Below, piece by piece: positions 48,623 through 58,557 of a stretch of 64,000 nt of DNA. The translations under genes were made by a program, and so were the position numbers. Source of the DNA: a virus. Below the pieces are notes generated by a model. It saw only the letters and a program-made list of their open reading frames with translations, was not told the origin of the DNA and ran no database searches. How positions within the stretch are numbered: the stretch's first letter is position 1; the number at the start of each line of letters is the position of its first letter. The DNA is taken from positions 10,704 to 74,703 of the IMG/VR virus record IMGVR_UViG_3300019776_000252; one strand, written 5' to 3'.

Positions 48623-48850
48623 GGGCACACAATTAGCCATTAATGGGGTAATGCTCCAGTAAATAGGGTAATTTGTATCATTGGATGACTAGCAAGAGCA
48701 GCAACTTCCATAACAAGCCTAAATATCCCTTACAGAGCAATCTGTCGGGTTTTTATGTTGTTGGAGAACGATTTGCTGCATTTCCTTGCCTCTGAAGACT
48801 CCTGCAGCTTGGTTTGTAAAGGCGTAAGCCTTGATTTCATTCATACCTAG
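48623..48850 (+). ncRNA. Candidate multi-stem structured RNA / long leader
   Basis: Intergenic gap of about 270 nt with nested stems and two GNRA-capped hairpins; TATGAT -10-like hexamer at 48616. Confidence 0.5.
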
Positions 48851-48870
48851 TTTCTTATTAAGGAGTTCTA

Positions 48871-49296
48871 ATGTCTAAGTTTTCGAACTACACAGAAGGC
48901 AATATCATTGAAACCACTCTGCGTGGTGCTGCCTTTCCTGTACCCACTGCTGTTTATATTGCCCTGTTTACTGCAGATCCGACTGATGCCAACGTAACTG
49001 CTGGTGAAGTACAAACCTCTGCTTGGCCTGCTTATGTCCGTAAAGATGCTGCCGTTGGTGGTGCTATCTCTACTGGCTGGACAGCCAATGCTAATGGCGT
49101 GTCTTCTAATGCCAAAGCAATTACCTTCCCTGCTAATAACGGTGCTGGTTCGGTAACTGTTGGCTATATCGGTATCTACGATGCTGCTACAGGAGGTAAC
49201 TTGCTGTACCACTCTCCCTTGGTTTCGTCCAAGGTTCTTCAAGTGGGTGACGTGCTTTCCTTCGGTATTGGTGCTATCACCATCACTATCGACTAA
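48871..49296 (+). CDS. Virion structural / fibre-associated protein
   Basis: SNY.E......LRG...YIALFTADPTD...I.FP...GIYDAATGGNLL. Confidence 0.75.
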   Translation: MSKFSNYTEGNIIETTLRGAAFPVPTAVYIALFTADPTDANVTAGEVQTSAWPAYVRKDAAVGGAISTGWTANANGVSSNAKAITFPANNGAGSVTVGYIGIYDAATGGNLLYHSPLVSSKVLQVGDVLSFGIGAITITID

Positions 49297-49308
49297 TAGG
49301 TAAGCAAG

Positions 49309-50745
49309 ATGGACCAAACTGCTGTTAACAGTAGTGGTGTAAACAGTGCCAGTAACCTATCATGGGTACTGGCTTCTGTTGCTATTACAGCCTCTGCTGC
49401 TGTTAATGCAGTTGCTGTCCGTCAATATGAGATCTTTGCATCTCCTACTGCTAATGCAGTAGTTAATGTAGTTCCAACAAATACACAACCTGGTGTTGTA
49501 AACGTTCTTGGAACTGGTGGTGTTTATCCTGATGCCTATCTACAACAAGCAGCTACTGCTAATCTAGTTGCTTCAGGTAAGGTTCAGGCTTATGTTCTTA
49601 GCTATGTAGCTGGTTCAGCTACTATCATCTGCAATTCGACTATCCAAGCTATTCCAGCAAATAGTCTAGGTCGTGCAGATATCACTGGATCTGCTGCTGT
49701 AAGCCCTACAGCAACCAGAATCCAGCCTGCTAAAGCTAATTTAACTGCTTCAGGTGCAGTAAGTAACTCTATTGCACCAGTTGTGACTCGATATGTAACA
49801 GCTAATCTAGCTGCTGCAGGTAAAGTACGTGTTGAAACACGTATTAACGGTGTCCATGAGACATATGCAGCACCTGTAGGTTCAGCAAACATTGTTGCTG
49901 ATCCTTTGGCAAATGTAATGTTTGCCTTTAATGCTGCATGTAGTGCTAATGTTTCCCCAGTAATCACATTAGAGCAAACCACTGTATCCAGTGTTTATGC
50001 TAACTCTCTGATTGTGGTTGCTGAACCAGAAGTTACTAGGCCGTCTGTTGCATACATGTATCCCAGTTGTACTGTCTCTGCTGACGGTACTAGGATGCGA
50101 CTAGCTGAATCCAGCTTTGTAGGTTCATCGACTATTACGATGGCTAAAACCTATCAAACACACTCTGCAAACGCTTCTTTGAGTGGTTTGGCTTCTGTAT
50201 CTGGGGCTGGCACTGTTACTCAGTACGCTAATGTAGCTTCTGCAGCCTATGTAAATATGGCAGCAGATGCCTCTAAGACTGCTTATGCACTTTCTCAAGG
50301 TGAGAAAGGAACTGCTGTTCTAGAGGCTACTGCTTGGCTTCAAGAGTTTGGTACTGCAACACTAACTTGCAGATCGTTAGTTAATGCTGAAGCTGTTCAA
50401 ACTTGCTTGGCTTATTCCAACGCAACAAACACTATTTCTGTAGTGGCTAATGCTACTAAGACTATGTTTGTAGACTCTTCAGCACAAGCTGGAGTAACTA
50501 TTGCAGCAGACGCTACCCGAGTAGTAATGCCTCAGTCTGTAATCACTAATGAAGTAACTATAGAAGCAGTAGCTCTACGTACTGCTTATGGAATAGCTGC
50601 AGTTGATGCAGCCGTAACTATTGTTGTTGATTCCATTGCAAACCCTGAATCTATTGATCCAGAGTCTAGAACTTTCTATGCTGCTCCTAGAACCACTGAG
50701 TTTGCAAGACCTTATGTTGAAACAGAATTTAGGAGAGCCGCATGA
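49309..50745 (+). CDS. Ala/Val-rich repetitive fibre-like structural protein
   Basis: Short beta-strand repeats of type A.A.L.ASG.V throughout 478 aa. Confidence 0.6.
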   Translation: MDQTAVNSSGVNSASNLSWVLASVAITASAAVNAVAVRQYEIFASPTANAVVNVVPTNTQPGVVNVLGTGGVYPDAYLQQAATANLVASGKVQAYVLSYVAGSATIICNSTIQAIPANSLGRADITGSAAVSPTATRIQPAKANLTASGAVSNSIAPVVTRYVTANLAAAGKVRVETRINGVHETYAAPVGSANIVADPLANVMFAFNAACSANVSPVITLEQTTVSSVYANSLIVVAEPEVTRPSVAYMYPSCTVSADGTRMRLAESSFVGSSTITMAKTYQTHSANASLSGLASVSGAGTVTQYANVASAAYVNMAADASKTAYALSQGEKGTAVLEATAWLQEFGTATLTCRSLVNAEAVQTCLAYSNATNTISVVANATKTMFVDSSAQAGVTIAADATRVVMPQSVITNEVTIEAVALRTAYGIAAVDAAVTIVVDSIANPESIDPESRTFYAAPRTTEFARPYVETEFRRAA

Positions 50746-51023
50746 AGTTAGGCACAGTTAAAAAGCAACCTAGGGAGAATTTCTCCTATACGGTTACTTA
50801 TGAAGATGCTCTTACTGTTGGTGACAATGTTCAAGCTGTTGAAGTAGTTTCTGTACCAACAGGTTTAGTAATTACTAACGTAGCTGTGTTTGACCCACGA
50901 GTTAAGTTCTGGGTTGGTGGTGGTACTGATGGCTCTTCTTATAAGCTGTCAATCACAGTAACAACTGCTGATGGTCGAGTGTTCCAAGACGAGCTTACAT
51001 TTGTTATTAAGGAAGTAGTCTAA
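50742..51023 (+). CDS. Fibre-tail adaptor-like structural protein
   Basis: KQP.E...Y...Y...L..GD and W..GG.DG..YK.....T.DGR. Confidence 0.7.
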   Translation: MKLGTVKKQPRENFSYTVTYEDALTVGDNVQAVEVVSVPTGLVITNVAVFDPRVKFWVGGGTDGSSYKLSITVTTADGRVFQDELTFVIKEVV

Positions 51024-53377
51024 TGGCTCAGTTATTTACAAATAACGCTACAACTAAACTCAGTACTGGTATTGATGCCGTTACTACTTCTGTTGTTGTC
51101 GTTGATGGATCTAAATTCCCATCACCTACTGGTGGAGACTACTTCTATATCACTGTATCTCGTATTAATGGCAGTGGTCAAGAAGATCAATGGGAGATTA
51201 TGAAATGTACTAGTCGAACGACTAATACATTGACTGTTGTACGTGCTCAAGACAACACTACTGCTGTATCTGCTGTTGCTGGTTCACCTGTTGAGCTTCG
51301 TCAAGTAGCGCAGACAATCTCTAATCCAGATCTCAATAGCCTTACTGTTAAGAACAACATCAACAATACGGCTCTTACAGCCTCTTCTGCAGTAGCTACA
51401 GATGCGTCAAAGAACCTTGTTTCGGTGCCTACTACTGGCACTGGTAGTTATGTACTGTCTAACAGCCCCACTCTGGTCACACCTAATCTTGGAACTCCAA
51501 CTACCTTAGTTGGAACCAACATTACTGGTACTGCTTCTGGTTTGACAGCAGGTACTGTGACTACCAATGCCAACCTAACTGGTGACGTTACCTCTGCAGG
51601 TAACACTACAACGATTGGTGCTAATAAAGTTACCTTGGCTAAGATTGCTCAAGTAGCAACATCTATTTTCCTAGGTAGGGTATCTGTTGGTACTGGTAAC
51701 GTTGAAGAAGTTACTGTTGCTTCTGCCAAGACAATGCTTGGCATTAGTAACGTAGACAATACCTCTGATGCTAATAAGCCTCTAAGTACTGCAGAGACTA
51801 CTGCTCTTGCTTTAAAACAAAACTTGTCTGATAAAGATGCTTCTGGTGGCTATGTCGGTTTAACCACGATGAAGATCAACTTCAGAAACGCTCTGAATAC
51901 GATCACTAGCTTCTTTACTAATGCTAATACGGTAGCACGTACTTATACCTTCCCTGATAAGGATGGTACGGTAGCAATGACCAGTGACATTACTGGAACC
52001 AATAGTGGTACTAACACCGGTGATGAAACCACAGCTACTATTAAATCCAAGCTAGGTATCACTACCTTGTCTGGTTCTAATACAGGTGATCAAACTACTA
52101 TTTCAGGTAATGCAGGTTCTGCAACACGTATTGCATTTAATGACCGTAGAGCAGTAAACCAGACCCCTGGGTATTTCGGTGCTGGTGCAGATTGGTCGTT
52201 TATGGCTAACGCTACAGACGGTCTTGCTGATGGTGGTACATACCACGGAGTAATGCACTTCCAACCATACACAGATGCGTCTGGTGGTGGTGCTTATGAA
52301 CTTGGTTTCACAGATAACAACAATCTGTGGATTCGAGGTAGTAGTGGAGGCCTTACCTCTTGGGCATCTTGGAAAAAGATCATTGATAACAGTAATGTTG
52401 GTAACTATGCACCTTCATTAACAGGCACAGGAGCTTCCGGTACATGGGGCATTAACATTACAGGGACTGCAGGTTCTGTTGCATGGGGTAATGTCTCTGG
52501 TCGTCCTACAGCAGTATCTTCGTTTACTAATGACTCTGGTTATGTAACCTCTGGTGGTACTGTGGCAAACGCCACTAATGCTACTAACTCAACAAATGCA
52601 ACTAACTTAACTGGTACTGCTAGTACCGCTGGTTATTCAACTAGTTCGGCATCGGTAGCCTATGGTGGTATTGGCGGTCCACAAGTTATGGGCCAAGGTG
52701 GTGGTGCGGCGATGTTATCGTTCCATCGTCCAGGTTCATATGCTATTAACTTCGGTCTTGATACAGACAATGTTCTGAAGGTTGGCGGCTGGAGTATGGG
52801 TGCGGTGTCATATGCAATCATGCATAGTGGCAATATTGGATCACAGTCTGTTAATTACGCAACAACAGCAGGATCGGCGCCTGCCAATGGGGGAACATCT
52901 TCATATAGCACTTACCAATGGTCTACCTCTCATAGTGGTACTTACTATGTTTCTAATGCTTGGAACGGAACATATTGGCGTTTTACTTCAAATCATGGTG
53001 CGGGTATCAGTGTTACTCACGCTGATTATGCAAATAGTGCTGGATCAATATCAGGCGGTTTGAAAACCATTGGTGGACAATCTTTAATTGGTTCTGGGGA
53101 TTTATCTATGATTAAAAGTGTTCAACACGGTAGTACCGCAGTTGGTGTAATGAGCGTTAATGTGACAATTTCTGCTGTTAATACTAGTAAAGCTTTTGTT
53201 GTAGCAAATGTTGCTGGTACTCCACCTATGTATGACCCCTATGGATCTGTTCGACAAACTGGTGGTGGAGCATACTTTGCATCAACTGGAGCAAGCGTAA
53301 CCTCTCTAACAATCGAAGGTAATGGAAACTTTGGTGTAAACACCACTATCCATTGGTCTGTTATTGAATATTATTAA
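51023..53377 (+). CDS. Long tail fibre protein
   Basis: FTNNA...L..GI N-terminus, SGTNTGD repeats, W.SW..I knob, SFHRPG...GLDTDN knob, LKTIGGQSLIGSGD. Confidence 0.85.
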   Translation: MAQLFTNNATTKLSTGIDAVTTSVVVVDGSKFPSPTGGDYFYITVSRINGSGQEDQWEIMKCTSRTTNTLTVVRAQDNTTAVSAVAGSPVELRQVAQTISNPDLNSLTVKNNINNTALTASSAVATDASKNLVSVPTTGTGSYVLSNSPTLVTPNLGTPTTLVGTNITGTASGLTAGTVTTNANLTGDVTSAGNTTTIGANKVTLAKIAQVATSIFLGRVSVGTGNVEEVTVASAKTMLGISNVDNTSDANKPLSTAETTALALKQNLSDKDASGGYVGLTTMKINFRNALNTITSFFTNANTVARTYTFPDKDGTVAMTSDITGTNSGTNTGDETTATIKSKLGITTLSGSNTGDQTTISGNAGSATRIAFNDRRAVNQTPGYFGAGADWSFMANATDGLADGGTYHGVMHFQPYTDASGGGAYELGFTDNNNLWIRGSSGGLTSWASWKKIIDNSNVGNYAPSLTGTGASGTWGINITGTAGSVAWGNVSGRPTAVSSFTNDSGYVTSGGTVANATNATNSTNATNLTGTASTAGYSTSSASVAYGGIGGPQVMGQGGGAAMLSFHRPGSYAINFGLDTDNVLKVGGWSMGAVSYAIMHSGNIGSQSVNYATTAGSAPANGGTSSYSTYQWSTSHSGTYYVSNAWNGTYWRFTSNHGAGISVTHADYANSAGSISGGLKTIGGQSLIGSGDLSMIKSVQHGSTAVGVMSVNVTISAVNTSKAFVVANVAGTPPMYDPYGSVRQTGGGAYFASTGASVTSLTIEGNGNFGVNTTIHWSVIEYY

Positions 53378-53389
53378 TTGGAGTAATTT

Positions 53390-53788
53390 ATGTACTACTA
53401 CGCTCACATGGACTCTGATGTTGTCATTGGAAAAGTTAATACTCATCTGCCTGTAGAGGTTGCTGAGTATCTTGAGATAACTGCTGAACAATACATTTCA
53501 GTAAAGTTGGGAAGCATCTACTCTAAAGGTATCTTCTTGTCTCCTGAAATTGCTGAACCTACTACAAGACTTATTTCTAAATTGGAATATATGAATAGGT
53601 TCACAACTGCAGAGTTGGCGAGTATTTATACAGCCGCTAAAACAGAAGTTTTAGTAGAAATTTGGTTAGAGAAATTTAAACTTGCTCAAAATATTGATCT
53701 AATGGATCAACGGACTATTGAAGGAGTCCATGCACTTGAAGCAACGGGCCTTATTGCTACTGGACGTGCTGCAGCAATTCTTGCTTAA
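53390..53788 (+). CDS. Probable tail fibre chaperone
   Basis: Follows the fibre; I.K.....RFT..E...I...IDL.D......L...G.....RA..IL. Confidence 0.65.
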   Translation: MYYYAHMDSDVVIGKVNTHLPVEVAEYLEITAEQYISVKLGSIYSKGIFLSPEIAEPTTRLISKLEYMNRFTTAELASIYTAAKTEVLVEIWLEKFKLAQNIDLMDQRTIEGVHALEATGLIATGRAAAILA

Positions 53789-53790
53789 AT

Positions 53791-54030
53791 ATGCTTGAAA
53801 GACTCATTAATGTCATTTTTGCCTTGGATTGCTTTCTATTCTCCCTTGCTACTCTTGGGAGAAGTTATCCCTATGAGTCTTTTTCAAGTGCAGCCTACCG
53901 TGCAGAAAAGTACGGTAGGCTCTACGGAAAATTCAGGCCAGTAATTGATACCTTACTGTGGTTTGACAAAAACCACTGTGAAAGATCCTATAAACAAGCC
54001 AAACTTAACTTACCAGAGGACATGCGGTGA
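53791..54030 (+). CDS. Small phage protein
   Basis: A.D.......G...E..SS..YR...ID.L.....HC..SY pattern common next to fibre genes. Confidence 0.65.
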   Translation: MLERLINVIFALDCFLFSLATLGRSYPYESFSSAAYRAEKYGRLYGKFRPVIDTLLWFDKNHCERSYKQAKLNLPEDMR

Positions 54031-54311
54031 ACTACGTTAGAGCATTCTTTGAAGCTATCCCAGTAATCTTGGCTATTGTGGCTATCTTTACTTGTGGAAA
54101 CCATGCTATTACCACTAGACGAATCCATGATCGTCAAACCCATATTGCTATGGTAGTGGCTGCAGTTCTTCTAATCTGTGCTCAATCCAGTTGGACTTAT
54201 ACCGTACTACACGGAATGACTTTTGGAACCTTCATTGCAGATGTAATCTGGACGATATTTAATACTCTGGTTATGGTGACATTTATCCTGTCAACTCGGA
54301 GAACAAAATGA
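54027..54311 (+). CDS. Membrane protein, about 3 TM
   Basis: Three hydrophobic segments; GAGGA RBS with GTG start. Confidence 0.65.
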   Translation: MNYVRAFFEAIPVILAIVAIFTCGNHAITTRRIHDRQTHIAMVVAAVLLICAQSSWTYTVLHGMTFGTFIADVIWTIFNTLVMVTFILSTRRTK

Positions 54312-54691
54312 GTCTTGTCTTTGAGCGTTTACGCTCAGTACTTCTAGAAGATCCAACCGGTAATGTCCGGTTATTCTTTGGCTTAATAACAATAGGGTAC
54401 TCCCTATTTATTCCACAGACAGTTGGACATTTTATGTATCAACTGGCGGTAGAATGGGTTAATCCTTGGATCTGGGCAATTGCATTTATGACAAATGGAA
54501 TTGCACTGGTTTATGGAGCTATATCAAATAAACCAAGTCTTACTGGCTTTATATTAGAAGGCTGGCTTGGTTTGGCATCATGGGGCACTATGGGGGTTGC
54601 AACGTCACTATCCCAAGGGATTCCTGGTCCAACATTTTGTGCTGCATTTATTGCAGTGTGGATTTTTGTGAGGTATCCAAAATGGCGTTAG
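54308..54691 (+). CDS. Membrane protein, about 4 TM
   Basis: Hydrophobic segments; GGAG RBS. Confidence 0.65.
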   Translation: MSLVFERLRSVLLEDPTGNVRLFFGLITIGYSLFIPQTVGHFMYQLAVEWVNPWIWAIAFMTNGIALVYGAISNKPSLTGFILEGWLGLASWGTMGVATSLSQGIPGPTFCAAFIAVWIFVRYPKWR

Positions 54692-55074
54692 AGGTAGGGC
54701 TTAATACTGAAACTATCGCAGGTGGAGGAATAGCTGGTGGAGCTTTCCTTATGTACGTGCGTAAGTTCTACCTTGATTGGATTGGCTCAAGGCCACAAGT
54801 AGCCAGTGCTGCTGCTGTTGAATCCCAGTTTAAAGCTCTTCGTGAACAGATCGAATCTCTTCAAGCTGACAACAAAGAACTCCGTAAAGAGTTCAACCGT
54901 ATGGATGTAGTTATCCACCGTCAGCAAACCAAACTCACACGTACAGAGATGCTTGTACGTCAATTCGTTGGTATGGCTAAAGAATGGGGTAAGGAAGTCC
55001 CTAAGTTCATGCAAGACGAATTAGATGATCTCCTTCATAGTGATCCTAAGCCAGAGGCAAATATCAATGGCTGA
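54682..55074 (+). CDS. N-terminal anchor plus coiled-coil protein (lysis-associated?)
   Basis: Start moved to ATG 54682 after GAGG; Gly-rich hydrophobic stretch then heptads. Confidence 0.6.
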   Translation: MALEVGLNTETIAGGGIAGGAFLMYVRKFYLDWIGSRPQVASAAAVESQFKALREQIESLQADNKELRKEFNRMDVVIHRQQTKLTRTEMLVRQFVGMAKEWGKEVPKFMQDELDDLLHSDPKPEANING

Positions 55075-55168
55075 TATTTACTCTGTTTTGTTATTTGTAA
55101 TATGTGTACTCCTAGCAATCCTAGGAGTATCTTGGTGGGTCATTGAAAGAGATTTAAAGGATAAGTAA
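55067..55168 (+). CDS. 33-aa single-TM peptide (not in ORF track)
   Basis: MADIYSVLLFVICVLLAILGVSWWVIERDLKDK; GAGG RBS; TAATG overlap with the next gene. Confidence 0.6.
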   Translation: MADIYSVLLFVICVLLAILGVSWWVIERDLKDK

Positions 55169-55701
55169 TGCTACCTATTGTTGCTACTCTTCTTTCTAGC
55201 GGTCTTAGTCTTCTTGGTAATGCTGTTCTTGCTAAGGGACAAGACGTTATCGAAGAGAAGCTAGGGGTAAAGCTTGATGAACTAACTCAAACCAATGATG
55301 GTTTGGTTAAGCTTCGTCAGATTGAAATGGCTAATGAACAAGCTCTTCGTGACTTTGCTATTGCTAAGAAGGAACAAGAGCTTAAAGAAGATTCTATGGC
55401 TTATGCTGATACGGCTAATGCTCGTAATATGCAAATAGCTGCTCTAAACCAGAACGATATATTCAGTAAACGTTTCATTTACTACTTTGCTATCTTCTGG
55501 TCTGTAATGTCCTGCCTTTATATTGCGTTCATTACCTTTGGTACTATTCCTCAAGCTAATATCCGCTTTGCAGATACTATTCTTGGTTTCTTGCTTGGTA
55601 CGGCTATTGCTACGATTATTCAGTTCTTCTACGGTACTTCTAAAGGTAGCCGAGATAAGGATGATCATTTGATTACTGCCATTAAGGAGATGAGCAAATG
55701 A
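55168..55701 (+). CDS. Putative holin (3TM / GTA-holin-like)
   Basis: D.ANAR.MQ, two C-terminal TM helices, FFYG.S.GS..K; directly before the endolysin. Confidence 0.7.
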   Translation: MLPIVATLLSSGLSLLGNAVLAKGQDVIEEKLGVKLDELTQTNDGLVKLRQIEMANEQALRDFAIAKKEQELKEDSMAYADTANARNMQIAALNQNDIFSKRFIYYFAIFWSVMSCLYIAFITFGTIPQANIRFADTILGFLLGTAIATIIQFFYGTSKGSRDKDDHLITAIKEMSK

Positions 55702-56036
55702 GTATGGTTGATGAACAATTTGCTTTCCTACAAGATGTAGCCAAGCTTATTCAATATGCTGCTTCTAAAGGCTTGAAAGTTACTGCTGGTGAGATGTACC
55801 GTACAGCAGAACAGCAAGCTATTTATGTGAAGACAGGGCGTTCTAAAACCATGAAGTCCAAACACCTAGATCGCCTAGCTGTTGACTTGAACTTCTTTAA
55901 AGAAGGTCGTTTGGACTATGAATGTAAGGAAGTGGTGGACGTAGGACTTTATTGGGAGTCTTTGTCCACAAAGAATAGTTCAGGAATGTTCTGGAAATCG
56001 TTTGTTGATGTTCCTCATTTCGAGCGTCGTATTTAA
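55698..56036 (+). CDS. Endolysin, M15-family peptidase (L-Ala-D-Glu type)
   Basis: R..EQQ, SKH..RLAVD, D.PHFE zinc-ligand motifs. Confidence 0.9.
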   Translation: MSMVDEQFAFLQDVAKLIQYAASKGLKVTAGEMYRTAEQQAIYVKTGRSKTMKSKHLDRLAVDLNFFKEGRLDYECKEVVDVGLYWESLSTKNSSGMFWKSFVDVPHFERRI

Positions 56037-56048
56037 CTAGGAGTAATT

Positions 56049-56294
56049 ATGCTTACAGCACCTTCATCTATTTTCATTGACGTATCCTCTGCTAAGAGTG
56101 ATACCGTAGATCTTCCTAACGGTCCTTGCCGTTCTCTTTATATTGGTAATGGTGGAAACATCGTAGTTATTCCTACAGGTGGTACTGCTTCCATTACCTT
56201 TAACAATGTGCAGAGTGGTTCTATTCTGCCTATTCAAGTTAAGCGTGTTATTTCCACTAACACTACTGTCTCTAACATCATCGCACTGTACTAA
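56049..56294 (+). CDS. Head-spike base protein (RcGTA Rcc01079-like)
   Basis: 81 aa; SD..DL....R.LYIG.GG.I.V......TF..V..G.ILPI.V.RV..T.TT...I.AL. Confidence 0.75.
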   Translation: MLTAPSSIFIDVSSAKSDTVDLPNGPCRSLYIGNGGNIVVIPTGGTASITFNNVQSGSILPIQVKRVISTNTTVSNIIALY

Positions 56295-56296
56295 TC

Positions 56297-58555
56297 ATGG
56301 AACTTGGCCTGTCTGTATCGCTGTCCAATGCACGAAGGACAGGACTTTCTGCAGCACTAGATCTTATTTTTAATAAAGCTAGTGCTTTTGATTCTCGTGT
56401 TGTAGCAACACGTACTGATCCCAATGGTAGTTGCGCTTCTTATTGGGATAGTGATGGTGTGTTGAAGTTTATGGGTATGAATTTAATACCCAATTCAGCC
56501 TGTGTTGGAGCAAGCATGCCTTCAACATTACCTACTGGATGGAGTTTAGGAAGTCCAGGCTACACAGGTTTAAGCTATTCAGTCGTAGGTACAGGGGTTA
56601 CTAGTAATGGCAATCCTTATGTAGATATTCGTATTAATGGAACATCTACAAGTGGTGGCACATTAAGTATTCGTCCAGATACCACATACAAAACTGTTGC
56701 TCCCAGTTCAACTTATACAGCTTCAATAAATGTTGCATTAATTGCTGGAACTAACCCAAGTGCAGCAGCACTTGGTTTTGACTTTAGTATCGGTGGAGCG
56801 TATGCAGGTACAGTGACTGCTGCAGCCGCAGCACCTACAAGCACGCTGACTCAAGCTAAAACAACAGGAGCTGTTTCTGCTAGTGCTAATCAAATAAGCT
56901 CTGTTTATTTTTACTACACTGCTTTGACTGCAAGCCAAGCAGTAGACGTAACGCTTCGTCTTAGTGCTCCACAACTAGAGTTTGGAAGTACAGTAAATAC
57001 CTTTAGTCCTACCTATGGAACTGCTAACAGTGGTCCTAGGATCAACCACGATCCTTCACAGCCTATTGGCGGTAATGGTGTAGAGATTGCTACTAACTTT
57101 CAGAATGCTACTGGTTGGGGTACTGGTGGTAGTGGCTTTACTGTTGCTAACGGTCAAGTAACCATTACCAACTCTCCACAGAATAGTTGGGTACAGTTTG
57201 GAAGCCTTAGTGTTGGTAAACAGTACTTTGTTAAATTCACCGTCTCTGGTTTAACAAACGGTCCTGTAGCTATTCTTCCTGCTGGTGGAGCAGGAATATC
57301 AGCCAGTACTAACGGTAACTACTCAGGGTACATAACTCCTAATGCCAATGGACAAGGTTTCTATATCTGGCAGTCTGGAGCAAGTAATACTTCTTGTGTA
57401 ATCAGTAATGTTACTGTTCAAGAAGCTACCTTTGCTCCTAGATCTTGGTTGATGGAAGAAACCAGAACTAACCTTCTTACTGGTAACTTTTGGTCTAATA
57501 ATGGTAATGGATCTTCTGCAACCAGTACTCAAAATGCTATTGGTCCAGATGGACTAGCTACTAGTGCATGGACAGTTACTGAAAGTCTTACTTCTGCTTA
57601 TCAGTATTCAATATCTGCTGGTGGAAATCTCACTTCAGCAGTACATACCGCCTCTGCATTTGTAAAAGCAGGTACTGCAAATAAGTGTCAGCTTTTCGTT
57701 AATGCACTTCTATCCGGTGATTACGTTAATTTCTCATTAACAGGTACTGGTTCTATAACAGCAGCTACTACCCCTGCTAATTGCTCAATTACTCTACTAG
57801 CTAATGGTTGGTACAGGGTAACAATGCAATTCACAGCTACTGCTGGAAGTGGTGGAGTACTAATCTCTCACATTGCAACTGCTACTGATACTAGAAATCC
57901 TGCTACAAATACTGGTACAGGACGTACCCTATTTGTCTATGGTGCTCAGATAGAACTTGGCGCTACTGCTAGTTCGTTTATTTTGCCTACAACTACTACT
58001 GCAGCTACAACTCGTGGTACAGACTCAGGCTTAATGTCTGGTACAGGATTTACCTCTTGGTTTCCATCAGGTAATGCTATTGGAACCTTGGTTTGTGAGT
58101 TTGATACTGCTGCTAAAGATGCCGATGCTAGAGCAGTATGTTTGTTTAACTCTGGTGACTCTAATACAGTAAGTATTCGCAAGCTTACTAGTAATGCCTT
58201 ATCAATGGTTAATCGTCTTGGTGCTACCAATAATGACATTACTAGTATTCCTGGCTCTAATACTATTAACAACGTCATTAAGATGGCTGTATCGTTTAAC
58301 TCTACAGCAGGTACTGCTCAAGCTAGTTATAACGGTGGTTGTATTTGTACTGGTGTATTTCCAGTAATCAATAACTTTGACCATATGAACATTGGAATAG
58401 CTTCTGCTAACTCTGGTTCAATAAATGGTCATATCAAGCGTATTACCTACTATCCACAAGAGTTTAAAGGTGCTGCTCTACAGAACCTAGCTGCTCCTGT
58501 AATACCAGTACCAGACATGTTGCTGGATTTCGTTAATAACACTTACTACAGCTAA
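56297..58555 (+). CDS. Head-spike fibre protein 1 (Rcc01080-like; CBM/LamG-like domains)
   Basis: MELGLSVSL N-terminal peptide, E..RTNLL, NGWYR, GAQIE.G..ASS.I motifs; follows the base gene. Confidence 0.7.
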   Translation: MELGLSVSLSNARRTGLSAALDLIFNKASAFDSRVVATRTDPNGSCASYWDSDGVLKFMGMNLIPNSACVGASMPSTLPTGWSLGSPGYTGLSYSVVGTGVTSNGNPYVDIRINGTSTSGGTLSIRPDTTYKTVAPSSTYTASINVALIAGTNPSAAALGFDFSIGGAYAGTVTAAAAAPTSTLTQAKTTGAVSASANQISSVYFYYTALTASQAVDVTLRLSAPQLEFGSTVNTFSPTYGTANSGPRINHDPSQPIGGNGVEIATNFQNATGWGTGGSGFTVANGQVTITNSPQNSWVQFGSLSVGKQYFVKFTVSGLTNGPVAILPAGGAGISASTNGNYSGYITPNANGQGFYIWQSGASNTSCVISNVTVQEATFAPRSWLMEETRTNLLTGNFWSNNGNGSSATSTQNAIGPDGLATSAWTVTESLTSAYQYSISAGGNLTSAVHTASAFVKAGTANKCQLFVNALLSGDYVNFSLTGTGSITAATTPANCSITLLANGWYRVTMQFTATAGSGGVLISHIATATDTRNPATNTGTGRTLFVYGAQIELGATASSFILPTTTTAATTRGTDSGLMSGTGFTSWFPSGNAIGTLVCEFDTAAKDADARAVCLFNSGDSNTVSIRKLTSNALSMVNRLGATNNDITSIPGSNTINNVIKMAVSFNSTAGTAQASYNGGCICTGVFPVINNFDHMNIGIASANSGSINGHIKRITYYPQEFKGAALQNLAAPVIPVPDMLLDFVNNTYYS

Positions 58556-58557
58556 TC

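Noticed and set aside
48707-48720. TCCATAACAA matching the early-promoter flank
   Set aside because: No GRA-triloop hairpin follows it
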